Source of the DNA: Antedon mediterranea | Taxonomy: Eukaryota > Animalia > Echinodermata | Length of the DNA stretch: 64,000 bases | Assembly (NCBI RefSeq): GCF_964355755.1 | Contig: NC_092672.1 | Span: 17,063,237-17,127,236, forward strand | Reading direction: 5' to 3' | Shown here: piece by piece, positions 32,301 to 43,496 of the stretch | How positions within the stretch are numbered: position 1 is the first letter of the stretch | How the letters are laid out: each line of letters opens with the position of its first letter | Position numbers and translations under genes: made by a program | The notes under the pieces: generated by a model | Seen by the model: the letters and a program-made list of their open reading frames with translations, nothing else | What the model was told of the DNA's origin: nothing | Databases searched by the model: none

Positions 32301-32371
32301 AATCGTGACGATTTCACGGCCAACGGATAGCCCGTCGCCTGTGTGAGATATCTTTTGTGTCCACCTGACAT
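29342..32371 (-). CDS. Large protein with a C2H2 zinc finger and a C-terminal RING-H2 finger (putative E3 ligase/regulator)
   Basis: CRLRKCNHRFKNDYNRTKHMEREH (C2H2) and CAIC...PC...HIFHMSCI...CPTCR (RING-H2). Confidence 0.8.
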   Translation of the reverse strand: MSGGHKRYLTQATGYPLAVKSSRLRYGDVARPSIGGYGPCYPSISDKHLKVYRVGNDQRAELPILEDKVKEETMMPMREFIRSLDHVLEKDCITISQMVSVAKNRPIGAGIADTLFKLVSEHQQRYTVYTLRSTAKMKAANLRGKLSDVGHDPSSLDKFSSAAAFGRVESVAIASTRMAKQYWRMLNEYMVKNGKAFPLASARMNQMTVLMLARLCCTMKCHIFKSEPKAIVLISDNLMSTIDSVLEDQGHGNMKFSTLTRTVLKRLGIGGGGGGGGGIMRYLREYDWYQRSARLVRIGAEIFEKEICAEDQPPERRTVIAAGVDEDSQLLVMLRLRCRLRKCNHRFKNDYNRTKHMEREHLYTTADIKLATDIDTSDTSRRYELVNEHAVLAQYPFLEDLSAGEIHPDFVKRSKEFCEIHIENLFRLNIIENELKMWNKMKVLDEACRAQKQWRLETMQEAKQFIVDEDRYNSIMATSTTISRRRIDENRTDTNFILNMKKTVDENPMVKLMRMNETDFNHTVENNDGVDMSSLTNKTLAYDGEALQSSARRQMLNAVRLSSRQLDPEGEIAIRNVTERLKATTDAVHNNSDEEEEEEDKDDDDEKEDHRYCELRRGRGNDDDDDDDNESHSLVLLKPTEIRVHRLDAFKEIKNIVDGVMDKHSQFDQATAAIAMNNIVNFTRTKFRLSDAGQRATFKYCFGQLQNVARLDKEDERRKAVVAIFADVFKFFNSNQSGQLNRLYAKRKYSRFDPFRRVVEVNESDAYETPSDRQAIVDIPPSGRLSITMEYNESDDNSSSYAKEVVELQRETCAICMYEFGCRSLEALPCATIASGGDFTACSTVDWNGAHIFHMSCIREMIRNRAKDTRANRVECPTCRVTIHDADALNVIRMKLVQANFEGDVDDYDDDVFNAKTGHHVAVTCQQDLDRLKDSVKKLYKQKDMSINCSRTNANNKPYELGLVNWYSDTSEDVTEDVDLFIAKLATENKISDNHEAQLPSSFTPKIIS

Positions 32372-32430
32372 TTTTTTTTTTGTAATGTTTTTGTTTGTTT
32401 TGTTTTTTTAAAGACAAATACACTTAAATA

Positions 32431-33174
32431 CTATCGTCGAGTCATGTTTCTGTGCGTTCTTCCTCCTCCTCCTCCTCCTCCTCCTCTTCCGGTAGAACGT
32501 CTCTCGTCCGACACGTTAAGAAGACTCGAGTATTCGTAATCGTTTTCATCATCCATCGCTGTAGAATTTTTTGAATGCACGGTACTGGTGGAGCGCCAAT
32601 GATGATAAACGCCGTATATCATATGGCATACAGACGCTACGACGGTGAGTATGAGTAGAACGCGGTCGGTGGTTGGCGTGAATGAAGAGCTGCAGAAAGG
32701 TTCGTTCATGTATTGCGTTGTCAAGTAACAGTACGGTATACTGTACGCCAAAAGGCCAAGCAATACGGCAGCGATAACTGGTACGGTGTGCAGCACCATG
32801 CGTTCCCATACGGCCGGTTGTTTGTATCTGATCAAATGTTTCTCCAACGTGAAACGAGTCATGAGATAAAGAAAGTTTACGATGATCGTAAACACATCTG
32901 CTCCAACGGCGTACAAAAGTGGACGACTGACAAACACAAAATCAATCTGACCTGGATGTCGTTCAACTCGTTCACTTTCGTTCACAAGAAATATGGCAGA
33001 AATCAACACGCCCAACATGTAAAACAGTTTCTGAAGATGCAACACAAAATGATCGTGCCATGCTCGTATACCTTTCAGAGAGTATACCTCATGCATGGCA
33101 TCGGTCAAAACGCTTGGAATCTCGGCCAATGTATTTCCAAACGAACGAAGGCTAATTTCGTCTCCGTACCCCAT
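32431..33174 (-). CDS. Multi-pass membrane protein (about 4 TM)
   Basis: Four hydrophobic segments: LFYMLGVLISAIFLV, LLYAVGADVFTIIVNFLYL, VPVIAAVLLGLLAYSIPY and VLLILTVVASVCHMIYGV. Confidence 0.8.
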   Translation of the reverse strand: MGYGDEISLRSFGNTLAEIPSVLTDAMHEVYSLKGIRAWHDHFVLHLQKLFYMLGVLISAIFLVNESERVERHPGQIDFVFVSRPLLYAVGADVFTIIVNFLYLMTRFTLEKHLIRYKQPAVWERMVLHTVPVIAAVLLGLLAYSIPYCYLTTQYMNEPFCSSSFTPTTDRVLLILTVVASVCHMIYGVYHHWRSTSTVHSKNSTAMDDENDYEYSSLLNVSDERRSTGRGGGGGGGGRTHRNMTRR

Positions 33175-33331
33175 CGTTTGATCTATTTCTTCTCTATAAT
33201 TAACATGGAATAAAAAAACAAAAACAAAACACTAATGGTTTCCAACAAACACACGCACGCACACACAAATTCTATTTATTTTTTTTTATTTATTATAAAT
33301 GTACAACGCATGAAAAATAAAAGCATAAAGC

Positions 33332-34123
33332 ATGTTAAGTAATCGGCGTGTAAGGATAAGCAGAGGCGCTGGTCGCTCGTATACTGTTGACGGTAAGAAA
33401 CTGATTTCGGTAACAAAACAGATTTGCAACAGACTGTACGTTGACAAACGATGGAAAATAAAGCGAGCGCGTCACATTGGGTCAGCTTCGCTTTCCAGTG
33501 AGAATGCCATGGAAGTCGGTCGTCAGATGGACGCTCAAGTTTGTTGCATGGCCAACGAGGAAGTGAATAAAGAGTTGCAAAAGTTAGACTTGGAGTTTAT
33601 GAAGGCGCAGTGTGCTGTCACCAACGCCACCGTAGATAACGATGGTGATGCGTCTGTGGCAATCATAGATCTTGTGATGCAGAATCGTACGAGTGGAGAT
33701 GCGGTGGTGGTTGAGTTTAAAAACACGTCCATGACCGTTTCCCAGCTGATAAAAGAACGTGATCTTGCTCCTCGAAAACGTAGTGTCGGCTTCAAACCAT
33801 GTCTTTTGGATAGAGCAAAGATTCAGGCACAATTGGGCGCTTTGTTTATGGCCAACACGTACGCTTTATCCACACGTCCATCGGCAGTCGTCTTGATTCG
33901 ATGCAAAGGCGGTCAGATGCACAGTGAATGCTACGAGGATTTCGACGAGAAAGAATTTCAATGGATCGCAGGATACAAAAGGTATAATTTCCTAAGGTCT
34001 ATATCGCTTTCTAAGACCCGTTTTGATGAGTTGATCGTCCGTTCCACGACCTGTGGGCAGACAGGTTGTGGGATCGACGAGCACCATGCCTTCATCAAAT
34101 CTAGCCGTGGAAACGTCCAATAG
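33332..34123 (+). CDS. PD-(D/E)XK superfamily nuclease
   Basis: ISVTK motif, IIDLV, VVEFKNT (ExK) and a downstream QAQL helix. Confidence 0.7.
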   Translation: MLSNRRVRISRGAGRSYTVDGKKLISVTKQICNRLYVDKRWKIKRARHIGSASLSSENAMEVGRQMDAQVCCMANEEVNKELQKLDLEFMKAQCAVTNATVDNDGDASVAIIDLVMQNRTSGDAVVVEFKNTSMTVSQLIKERDLAPRKRSVGFKPCLLDRAKIQAQLGALFMANTYALSTRPSAVVLIRCKGGQMHSECYEDFDEKEFQWIAGYKRYNFLRSISLSKTRFDELIVRSTTCGQTGCGIDEHHAFIKSSRGNVQ

Positions 34124-35337
34124 ATTACGAAACGAAGACGAACTGTGTTCGTGTTCTCCGTAAAATCCCTTGTTGACAGACTTGAAGGCGCACGGCTCAA
34201 ATTGTGAACTGTCGTAATACTGTCGACCTTGCATTGCAACGTTACTGTCTTCCTGTAAACCGTGATGACTGATGGGTTTCATGAACACGTCCACGTCGGC
34301 CTTGTACTGTGTCGGTGGATTTCTGGTGGATAGAAACGTGGTGTGAACACCTGTCGTTCTGCTGGTGTCGTTCATCCACAACGGATGATGAAGACCGAGT
34401 GTTATGTGCGCCTCTGACGCTCCGACCGTGGCGTATGGATTGGTGGTGAACTTGTTTGTGATTTCGTCGAGTAGATCCAGAGACTGGTTGGAATTACCGT
34501 CGCCGACAGACGCTCGACCGTTCAACTGCATTATGTCAGTAGACTCTGGATTGAACGAGGACGGAATGGGAACGGCTACAAAATCTCCGTGTCCTTGTCT
34601 TGTGTGTGTCTGTTTAAAATTCATTATCAAACTTCCCATGCCGCGCATGTAGCCTATTCCCGCTAGATTGTTTTGAACGCGTGTATTGTCGATTGGACTA
34701 GTGTCCACGTACGTCATTTCGATGCGTGACGTCGTCTTGTAGGAACAGGCGTTCGTTTCGATCGTGCCGATTTTTCCGTTACCCAAAAACATGTATCGAT
34801 AATTAGGTCCCGAACGGCACATGATTGCGCTGCACGTTTTCTGTATGGGCATTCGAAAGAGTAAAAAGGTTGTGTTCGGAAACACATTTGCCTCTGTCAA
34901 CATCTTGGTGGTGGTGGGATTCTGCAACATTGACAGAAACAGCAACGTGCTTGCTTTTACGCCGTTTGTCAGCGGCATTGAAACCACCGTTTCAACTCGA
35001 TGCGAATAGTTTCTGTTCACAAACAACTCGCGTGCCGTTCTCGGGCAATCGGTCGAAAAATACGGAAAATGTGTCGTGACATCTTTCGCTTCATTCACAC
35101 AGTTTGGAGTGGTGGTGGTGAAAAAAGTGCTCGTTGTTCCATCATTGCCAATCAGTCTACAGTTGACGTTGGTGTGATCGGATAAAAAGTGACAAAACGT
35201 CACGTTCTCTTCGTGCACTTTCGGTTTCCAATTCGTTTCGGTGACGGCGTAGATTCGTGGCGACAATAATCTGAGTACCACACGATCAAAGAGAATCTCT
35301 TTTACGCGACTTAAATGAATCCTATCGTCATCGTCAT

Positions 35338-35371
<34 letters not shown>

Positions 35372-37261
35372 AGCATTTCTTCGGCATGAAACTTGCGCGG
35401 CTTTGGAGAAAAACCAAGAATGCGTGTAGTTTGGACATTTCTTTGTCAACGACATAATCATCTCGTGCAGTCGGTCAGTGATGGAAAGCGCACTTTCGAT
35501 GGCAATGCACGTCTCCAATATGCGTTTATCTTCTTTGGCTTGAGTTTGGAAAATGTCATGAATGCGCGTGAGATATCGATGTCTAACGAAATGCGTCAAT
35601 CCATCGTTTTTTTCAACGTCGTGTTTTAGCGTTTCATCGATTGTTACCGGATCTTCGTCCATTTTCCTCAACGATAAGCACGTTTGCGCGTCCCATTTCA
35701 ACGCCAAACAGTTGCGCAGATACTGAAAGCCACATTCGTAGAGTTTATCAAATTTATCTTCGGACGAGAAAAACTTTGCCATCAACGTCATGCCGGCTGT
35801 CACGTCACCACCTTCAACCGGTGATTCGGGAAGCTCACTGTGTCCGTACGTGATGGCCGGCATAAACTTTTTCTCGATCGGATTGTAGAAAACCTTCCGA
35901 CTGGGTCGAAGCAGACACGATCGATTACTCAGATTCTGTTCCTGCAGACAGTCTCGATCAAACATTGCCGCCGTCATCTGGTTTCGGACGCGACACAGTG
36001 CGGGCGTATCGGTGAACATGCGTTGGTATCGAGATGTTTGATAGGTTTCGGGTGAATAGTATCCACTTCGTTCCATTACCTCACACAGTCGAATGGTACC
36101 GTCTATGCCCTTGTCTAGATCGGTGACTCGAATCTCGTTCCACGGAACGTTCGTGATGCGTTCAAAGTCCGGGGGTCTTGATCGACCGCGGCTTAACGGG
36201 ATCAGTCCCGAGAGGACGTAACTCTTGAAACTTGCCGTCGTTTCGGAGAGGTTACTTCGACAGCCGTCGTCGTCGATGGAAGCATTTGGCATTGACATGA
36301 CATATCGTTCGGAACCGTTGACGAGCATCGTTTTGTTCGGAGCTGGTGCCTGACATTCGGCACCCGTCAACACTTTGATGTCCGATTCGTCGAGTTCTTT
36401 TTGATCTTTCGTGCAACGATAGAAGACTTGTCGTGTAGGGCGATGAGTGGCATTTTTCAAAGGCAATTCACTCATCAGCGCCGGATGTACGATGATGGTG
36501 TCGGGTGGTGTGCACATGGTAGACGTGTTTCCGAATCTCAACGACTTGTCCAGATCGATGAAGGTGGCCAGTGGACCGGTTCGTCGAAGATTGAAAGACA
36601 TGAATTCGTCCTTGTCCTGTCGAAAACGCTTGTAAAACATGTCCGATTTGCTCATTCGATCGTTCTGAACGTTACACATTTCCGCAAACGTTATGGTTGG
36701 CGCCATCATCATGCTACTGAACATGTCATGTTTTTGTGTTACATCCATTGAAGCGCTCAGTTGTCGTTCTTTTAGCATAAACAGCTTGTGTAGGGCCTCG
36801 TCGGTGCTGCGCTGTATCGCTTCGGCCGAAATGACTATTGCACCTCCTCTCATGTTGCCGCTGTACTGTCTACAGCTGGTTCTGGTACGCAGCGCCGACA
36901 CGTCCGATGCTGCGGTGCATCGATCCAACACCACGGCCTCTGCCACTTTTGTCGTTATACTGAACGTGGACAATCCCCTGTATATGACTCGCGGACATAG
37001 CCATAGCGAATGATCGTTTGGATCTTCGGTGCACATGGAATTCATCAAAATTCTCGTTTTCAATCGTAAATCCTTCATCAAACATACATCTCGGTCAGTC
37101 ACGGCCGCTCCTCTGTCCGAGTATCCAACATAGTCAGGATGACCGCTGATGGCTCGCATCTCATCGATCGGGTACAGATTGTCATTGTTGACCACATCTC
37201 TGAGATCTACGCAAGCACGACCGAGAAACGGTGCGATCGTGTACTTTGTGTCCATCATCAT
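33992..37261 (-). CDS. Probable major capsid protein (HK97 fold with a large insertion)
   Basis: Largest ORF in the window (~1090 aa), adjacent to a triplex-like gene. RGGAIVISAE...QLSASMDVT resembles the HK97 P-domain strand plus spine helix, and PDTIIVHPALMSEL resembles the A-domain. An assemblin gene is present in the same window. Confidence 0.65.
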
Positions 37262-37331
37262 CGTCGTCGTCGTCGTCGTAAAAACACACACACACACACA
37301 CACACAGATGACACAAAGATGTTAATGGTAT

Positions 37332-38261
37332 TTAAACGTTTGTTTGCAATATTATTCGGCCAGATTGCCAAGGTTTCGTGTCTCCGCACGCGAATCCTAA
37401 CACGGCCATGCCAAACTTGCTCGTTGCAATGTCTCCAACACGTAACATATGACCCATCATATCGGCAAGATCATCTTTCGATTGATCGTTGGTGAAAACT
37501 TCGGCAACGTCTTCGCCCAAGTAACCGTTTTCCGGCCAATGTGCATCATCAGGAATCAGCCTATTTTTTTGAAACTTGTTAACATGTTTACAGATTGCAA
37601 TAACAGACATTCTGGCCATCTCAAACTGTGCGTTGTTTGCTGCCTCTGCTGTACCTTTGTTCAGTGCCATGTATCTGAGCATACTGTCAATTCGCGACGA
37701 ATCCGATGACGGATTTAGACCGTACGTGACCCATTTTAATGTTCTATATCTGGCCATGTGCTCGTCGCATTCACTCTGCGTTGGATATCGAACGCAAACT
37801 ATTTGTCCGTCGAGTATTGTGCGAGAGCCGGTGTTGATATACTTGCAGCCGGTAGATTGAGTGATAACGGAAAAGAGTTTATTGGACGGCCAGTCTGTAA
37901 GCTCTGTACCGGCGACTCCCAGTACCATGTATTTCTTCATGTCACTCTCCTTAATCAGACGCTGTCTTTCCGCATCGTCTACGTCTTTGTGATGTGGCGT
38001 TTCCATGCCGTTCGGACCCGGAACGAATCCAGTTTGATTATATGTCAAACTGTATATTCCCAGTAATACCTGTCCGGATTGAATCAATGTATTGTCCGAT
38101 GGAGGATATAGTTTTCCACGTACGTCGTTCGAGCCCCTTTCAAAGTTGGCACTCAGATACGCTTGATCGACATAGAATGCTCGATTAGGTCCTTCGAGCG
38201 ACGGTTCTTTGATACTTTCCATCGTCTTCATCATCATCATCATCAACATCATTTGATTCAA
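37332..38261 (-). CDS. Putative capsid triplex protein
   Basis: About 300 aa, directly upstream of the putative MCP. The pattern VLGVA...INTG.RTI.DGQIV.VRYP...VLGFA...KPWQSGRIIL resembles beta-tulip triplex/decoration proteins. Confidence 0.5.
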   Translation of the reverse strand: MNQMMLMMMMMKTMESIKEPSLEGPNRAFYVDQAYLSANFERGSNDVRGKLYPPSDNTLIQSGQVLLGIYSLTYNQTGFVPGPNGMETPHHKDVDDAERQRLIKESDMKKYMVLGVAGTELTDWPSNKLFSVITQSTGCKYINTGSRTILDGQIVCVRYPTQSECDEHMARYRTLKWVTYGLNPSSDSSRIDSMLRYMALNKGTAEAANNAQFEMARMSVIAICKHVNKFQKNRLIPDDAHWPENGYLGEDVAEVFTNDQSKDDLADMMGHMLRVGDIATSKFGMAVLGFACGDTKPWQSGRIILQTNV

Positions 38262-38337
38262 ATATAGACACTAATAACGATGTTTTCTTACTTTGTTAGG
38301 CACGTCAAACTGTCGACACCACAACGACCAGCGAGTA

Positions 38338-39231
38338 ATGGACGGCTTGGAGGAGGAGGTAATGTATCGACAGCTGATGAGGAACCTTCCCAGAATGGTG
38401 GGACTACAGGAACCGATAGTAGACGTAATAGGCAACGTGGAGCCTCTAAAAAAGTTATACGAAGAAGGAAAAAGATCCGTGTTAGAATCGTTGGAATTGA
38501 TGGCACTTTTTATGTCTGCAAACCAAAACAGGCGAGCAAATGACGTACCCACGCTGATTGCATGTCGTCGTTGCAGTATACAACAATCGGATTATGAAGA
38601 GGACGAAATGTACTTTAAAGTGTGTTCTCCGAGAGAGGGTAGCGGTCTGCTTGTTTCACACGTAGAAAACACGCTGATGGCCGGATTGAACGAGAGTGAA
38701 GTTATTCAAAGACTGAAACAAGTCGGTCGAGAGAACGTTTACATGACCGTACCGCATCAGCCGAGAAACAACGCTCGTGTCGCCGATTTTCTGGACGCCT
38801 CACCGTCTGATCTGCCGGTTCCATTGATTACCTGGACCGAAGACAGCGTTTGGGTGCTTATGGCGTGCGTTTGTCTGTACACGCCGGACAAGACAATTGT
38901 ACCGGGCACTGTACAGTTATTTGCCGATGACGGTAGTTTATATTATGCAATAATTGCACCGTTTGCGATCGGTAAACGGTACTCGCAAACGTTGCACACG
39001 AACCGAGGAAGTGTACGCTTTCTGTCTTTGGACAGTGGCAGACGTATGAAATGGGGCCATGGGCTATGTAAAATGTTTGGCATTCCACCTAGATGTTTTC
39101 CCGGCGGAGGCGAGTACAAACGAATGCATTCAGCGTCTGCATTTCGTGGTTCTGTTGAACATAAGATTAAACGGAGTATAATCGGTAGTTTTTCAACGTT
39201 TGTAAAAGACTGTTTAGAGAAAAACGAATAA
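38338..39231 (+). CDS. Hypothetical protein
   Basis: First ATG at 38338, with AATAAA overlapping the stop. Confidence 0.7.
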   Translation: MDGLEEEVMYRQLMRNLPRMVGLQEPIVDVIGNVEPLKKLYEEGKRSVLESLELMALFMSANQNRRANDVPTLIACRRCSIQQSDYEEDEMYFKVCSPREGSGLLVSHVENTLMAGLNESEVIQRLKQVGRENVYMTVPHQPRNNARVADFLDASPSDLPVPLITWTEDSVWVLMACVCLYTPDKTIVPGTVQLFADDGSLYYAIIAPFAIGKRYSQTLHTNRGSVRFLSLDSGRRMKWGHGLCKMFGIPPRCFPGGGEYKRMHSASAFRGSVEHKIKRSIIGSFSTFVKDCLEKNE

Positions 39232-39271
39232 ATAGCACAAACAATTTCACTTTGACTGTCATTTCGATATC

Positions 39272-40504
39272 ATGTCTACTTCGTTCATACATCCTAATCT
39301 GAAAATTGATTTCACAGTCTACGTGAGAGACATATTATCGGAATCCATCACTCCAGACATAATCAGCAGGTTTGTTTCCTACTTGTTGAACGGCGGTGAT
39401 TTCGATTTGAAATTAAAGGACATTGGCGATTATGCTGACTTGATATTGCTCAACACGCGCATAAAACCAACGATTACCGATGACTTTCGAACGGTAGTAG
39501 AATCGAAGTTGCGTATGCTCCGTTGTGAACATGCAATACTCGATTTGAACCGTTTTGCCGATCGTTTCATGAAGCATTACGATTCGGAAAAAATCCAGGG
39601 TGTATATTGGTTACAGGTTCTCGCACCATGCCAACCGTTTCTATTCAATGACAATCTAAAGCAGCTACTGACGAAAACTTTCAACGACACAGATGAGACG
39701 ATAGTATACGACCAACTTATTCAGAGCCTTTCAAAAATGGATGGAAAGTTGCTTAGACCCGATGCAAGTAATTGCGAAGTAATATGGTTTAAGATTTTGA
39801 ACGGAGACGAGACAATGAAACGGCTGTATTTATTGTCAACCGTCCGTTTTACTTTTAATAAAAATGCCAAAGATGTGATATTATACCACGTGCTGTTGGA
39901 ACTCGGTAAATATCCAAAAGTTTTACACATTGATCAGGTTTGTGAACGTGAAATGGTATGCGGATCATCAAAACCCGAAATATTTACCTGTAAACACTCC
40001 AACTCGGTACGGATTAAGTATGGCACATGCAACGCAGATTGTCAACAGACAAAAAAGAAAGGATACACACTGTGGCTGGATGAGGCGAGAGTTGAACGTC
40101 CACGTTCCGACTGGGAAGATGTAGAGTTGAAGAGGTTGATTGAACGAAGAAATTTGATCGAATCGAACATGTATGACAAAACTATATATGACGAGCGTCT
40201 TCGGAACATAGCGTCTGTTATGGCCGAACAAGTGTCTGAACATCACGTTCACGAATGGAAATCAGACTTTGAGCAACGTGTCAAGTCTACGCAGATGGAA
40301 TTGGACAAGAGAATAGATTCAATTGAAAAATCCCTATTGTCAGACGATGCCATAAACGCGGAAAGGGAGTGTCAGTTTCACATACCAGTCCATTCGTTCA
40401 CTTACAAACCGATTCGGCAGATACGTATTGAAGACATTTTTAGTGAACTTGTCGCGAAAGCAATTGACGAGGAAAAAGAAAACATACCAGATTGTTTTTT
40501 CTAG
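39272..40504 (+). CDS. Paralogous family member 1 (possible N-terminal BTB/Skp1-like region)
   Basis: Shares collinear motifs with ORF 43497-44756: CEVIWFKI/CKLLWWKI, KGYTLWL/KGYKLCL and HEWKSDF/ERWKREY. Confidence 0.75.
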   Translation: MSTSFIHPNLKIDFTVYVRDILSESITPDIISRFVSYLLNGGDFDLKLKDIGDYADLILLNTRIKPTITDDFRTVVESKLRMLRCEHAILDLNRFADRFMKHYDSEKIQGVYWLQVLAPCQPFLFNDNLKQLLTKTFNDTDETIVYDQLIQSLSKMDGKLLRPDASNCEVIWFKILNGDETMKRLYLLSTVRFTFNKNAKDVILYHVLLELGKYPKVLHIDQVCEREMVCGSSKPEIFTCKHSNSVRIKYGTCNADCQQTKKKGYTLWLDEARVERPRSDWEDVELKRLIERRNLIESNMYDKTIYDERLRNIASVMAEQVSEHHVHEWKSDFEQRVKSTQMELDKRIDSIEKSLLSDDAINAERECQFHIPVHSFTYKPIRQIRIEDIFSELVAKAIDEEKENIPDCFF

Positions 40505-40570
40505 TACGCTTGACGTGGCCTACGAGAAGACAAAAAAAAAACATATAATTATAACAATCGTTATCGTAGT

Positions 40571-40915
40571 ATGAAGTGTTATCTGTTTGCGGTCGTATTG
40601 AACTCGGACAAGCATATGCTGTTGTCGGAATCGTTTTGTGGAACGCGCTACTTATGCAACTACAACGGTGAAAGTATAAAAGGAATCGTTCAATTTCGGC
40701 AGACAATGCAATATTTTTACGGACTGTTTGAGTCACCGTTTGTGATGGCAACACTGCACGTAAACGATGAAGATGTTGATCACGTACACGTTTTCAACAT
40801 GTTTGTAGATTTTCTTAAGATTATCGGATACAATGGACCGCAAAATGATGTTGTCATGTTCAAAGATCGTTGTCTTTCCTATTGGAACCAACGACTTGTA
40901 GACCATATGAAATAA
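40571..40915 (+). CDS. Small hypothetical protein
   Basis: 114-aa ATG-initiated ORF with AATAAA at the stop. Confidence 0.6.
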   Translation: MKCYLFAVVLNSDKHMLLSESFCGTRYLCNYNGESIKGIVQFRQTMQYFYGLFESPFVMATLHVNDEDVDHVHVFNMFVDFLKIIGYNGPQNDVVMFKDRCLSYWNQRLVDHMK

Positions 40916-40954
40916 AATGAATATACAAACTAGTTTGTGTTGTTTTCTTTATTG

Positions 40955-41831
40955 TTATATCTCGTTTGATAAATAATACACTCTATCGGTCGGTATGCCG
41001 TAATATTTAATGCTATGATAGTAGTGAACGGATACTATGGGCTTCATCGGTTGTTTGAATGCAACATTAACCATTCTACCGACAAACGCTAAACTAGACT
41101 TGTCTTTGACGACTGCCGTTACGTTTAAATGATGATGATGATGATGATGATGATTAGAGGAGATGCGAATAACCCGATGATCGTGGTACACGTGTGATTC
41201 GATGTTGACGTTACATTCGTCAACAAGCAATCGCATTTGCTCGCCATTGATTTTCCATTCAACTTTGGCTGTACTTGGTACACCGATGAGATACAGGATG
41301 TTTGACGTACCTGTGACGTTCCATTGTTCGCTGTAGGTGAGTAGCTGTACACTCGATATGTTCTCGATGGAAAGGCGCGATGGCATATTGTACGAAATGA
41401 TATCAATATGGTCAACAGTATGCCATAATACAGGCAATTTATATGCGCACAATTCAGTGGCGACAAAGGTCGGTGCATTGTCTTGTTTATGCAATTTTAA
41501 TTCTTTTGAGATGGTAAGATTTTTAGCGGAGAAGATTACTTGAAGAAACAAATAATCGGTCGTGACATCGTAAAATTCTTGATAGTTTGTGTTTACGCGG
41601 ACCGTAACCATTCTGCCTCGAGCGCAATGTCTAATCGTTAGTAAGTTATCGTTTACGAGTACTTTGTCATTTTCTTGTGTTGTAAAGTATTTTACAGTTA
41701 GATTGTACAGTTTTGCAATGACTGACTCGTAGTAAAAATTGAAAGTTACTGACTCTCCAAGTACCGGATGTAGACTAGACATTACAATCGAGCCTATCGT
41801 TGATGCGTCCCGATTGCATGGATGAGTCGCG

Positions 41832-41868
<37 letters not shown>

Positions 41869-43387
41869 AATCGAGAATATGTGACGGATGATCGCATCTG
41901 TCTTTAATGTTCACTACACACATGCCGTCATCGTAACACGTTCCCGGTCGATTGAAATTCACGTTTCTTTTGTTGAAATAATAACAGTAACGCAAACTGT
42001 TTGAATCCACCTGCTTCGGACCTGTATTCTGCCACGGATTCGAGTCTTTACACACGTCGACCAAATGATCGATGAAAAGAGATGGGTTAGATGGTTCGTT
42101 TAAAACCTGCACGTGTGCCCTACCCCAATATGTTTTGTTAACAATACACTCGTAACCTCCCGTATCCCAGCGATTGGCATCGAAAATTGTCAGTGTATGC
42201 TCGTGATAGTTGTTACAAGACGCCTCTATCGCTCTTGAATGTTCAATTTGCTTTCCGTTCCGTATCCACAGAACATTATTTGAGGACGTGGACGTGGTGC
42301 AACGTAAAAGTATCATTCCTTTCGGTTTTACAATTTGTATCGCGGGTGACAGTATCGCCGGCATTCTCTTAATGGTACCAAATTCTTCTGTCAATGTCGT
42401 TGCACACACGTTTCCGATAGTCAACGACGACGACGACGGTTTCACCTGTTCTTCTATTGTGTTTACCACTCGAACGTGTACAGATATCGATTCATAATCA
42501 CTGGATCCTATGCACGAGTACAAGCCTTGATCGCGAACCGTGATCTGTTCCAGTAGAAGCGAATGTGTTTTGTTTGTTCTACACTGTTCACCTCTCATGG
42601 TACCGTGACGTTTCGGATCGGGTATCATCCACGTCACTAAAGTTTCTCTCGGAAACTGACATAGTAGATTCAACGTTTGTCCGATGGCCACGGTTTCGGC
42701 GTCCACCGTTATCGTTGCAATTCGAGCCGGTACCTCCCTTCTACACGGATCATCCGGAACGATGCAACACACAGAATATTTTGTTTCTAAAAGTGCACAT
42801 AGGCTGTCGTATGGCCATGATCGAACCTTCCTCACTGATATCGTATCGTATCCACAGATGCGTACTTGATCAATAATTACATTTCTGTCTGTAGACGCTA
42901 TTGCCAGTGAATAACACGTCTCGAACATAGAAGAAGACGGTTCGGACGTAACCCTTTGGCTATTGCGTAACACTTGAATGCTTGAAAAGTTTCGAGAACC
43001 GGACGAAATGGTGATGGTGGCGACTTCTCGAGGTTGCATGATGTACGCGTCGACGACTTGTACGACAGCATCTTTTTGCGTTCGTGTCCACGTTCTACGC
43101 GATCGATTGTATTCATCGATGTAACACGAGTACGTTCCAGTGGCATCCTTTGTCATGGCCATTACCTTCAGCATACTTGATGTCATGTCCAACGTGATGT
43201 GGGCGATAACCATACCCACGTCACGCTTCGGTAGATTCCATCGTATGTGAGAAGCTCTTCTGCTGTCCGTTGTGCATCTCAATTCGAACGACGTGTATGG
43301 TCTTGCAACCACGTACTCTCTGTCCATTGTCAACGTACCGCGTGTAGTAGCACTACAAAGTAGAGTAATCAGGCAAAGTCGAAACAT
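40955..43387 (-). CDS. Secreted or surface glycoprotein with multiple Ig-like domains
   Basis: Signal peptide MFRLCLITLLCSATTRG and Ig signatures LRC...W...ATGTYSC, LLC...W...DQGLYSC and LRC...W..NGK...DTGGYEC. Many N-glycosylation sequons and no evident C-terminal TM. Confidence 0.85.
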
Positions 43388-43496
43388 TGTCCCGTAGTTG
43401 CCTGCGCGCGCGCACACACACACACCCACACACACACCCACACACAAACAAAATATTATATAAATACAAATATGTTTATGAATTTTGGTTCAAATC

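Noticed and set aside
33332-34123. Cas4 assignment for the PD-(D/E)XK nuclease
   Set aside because: There is no clear four-Cys Fe-S cluster arrangement or CRISPR context. A generic viral nuclease is more parsimonious.
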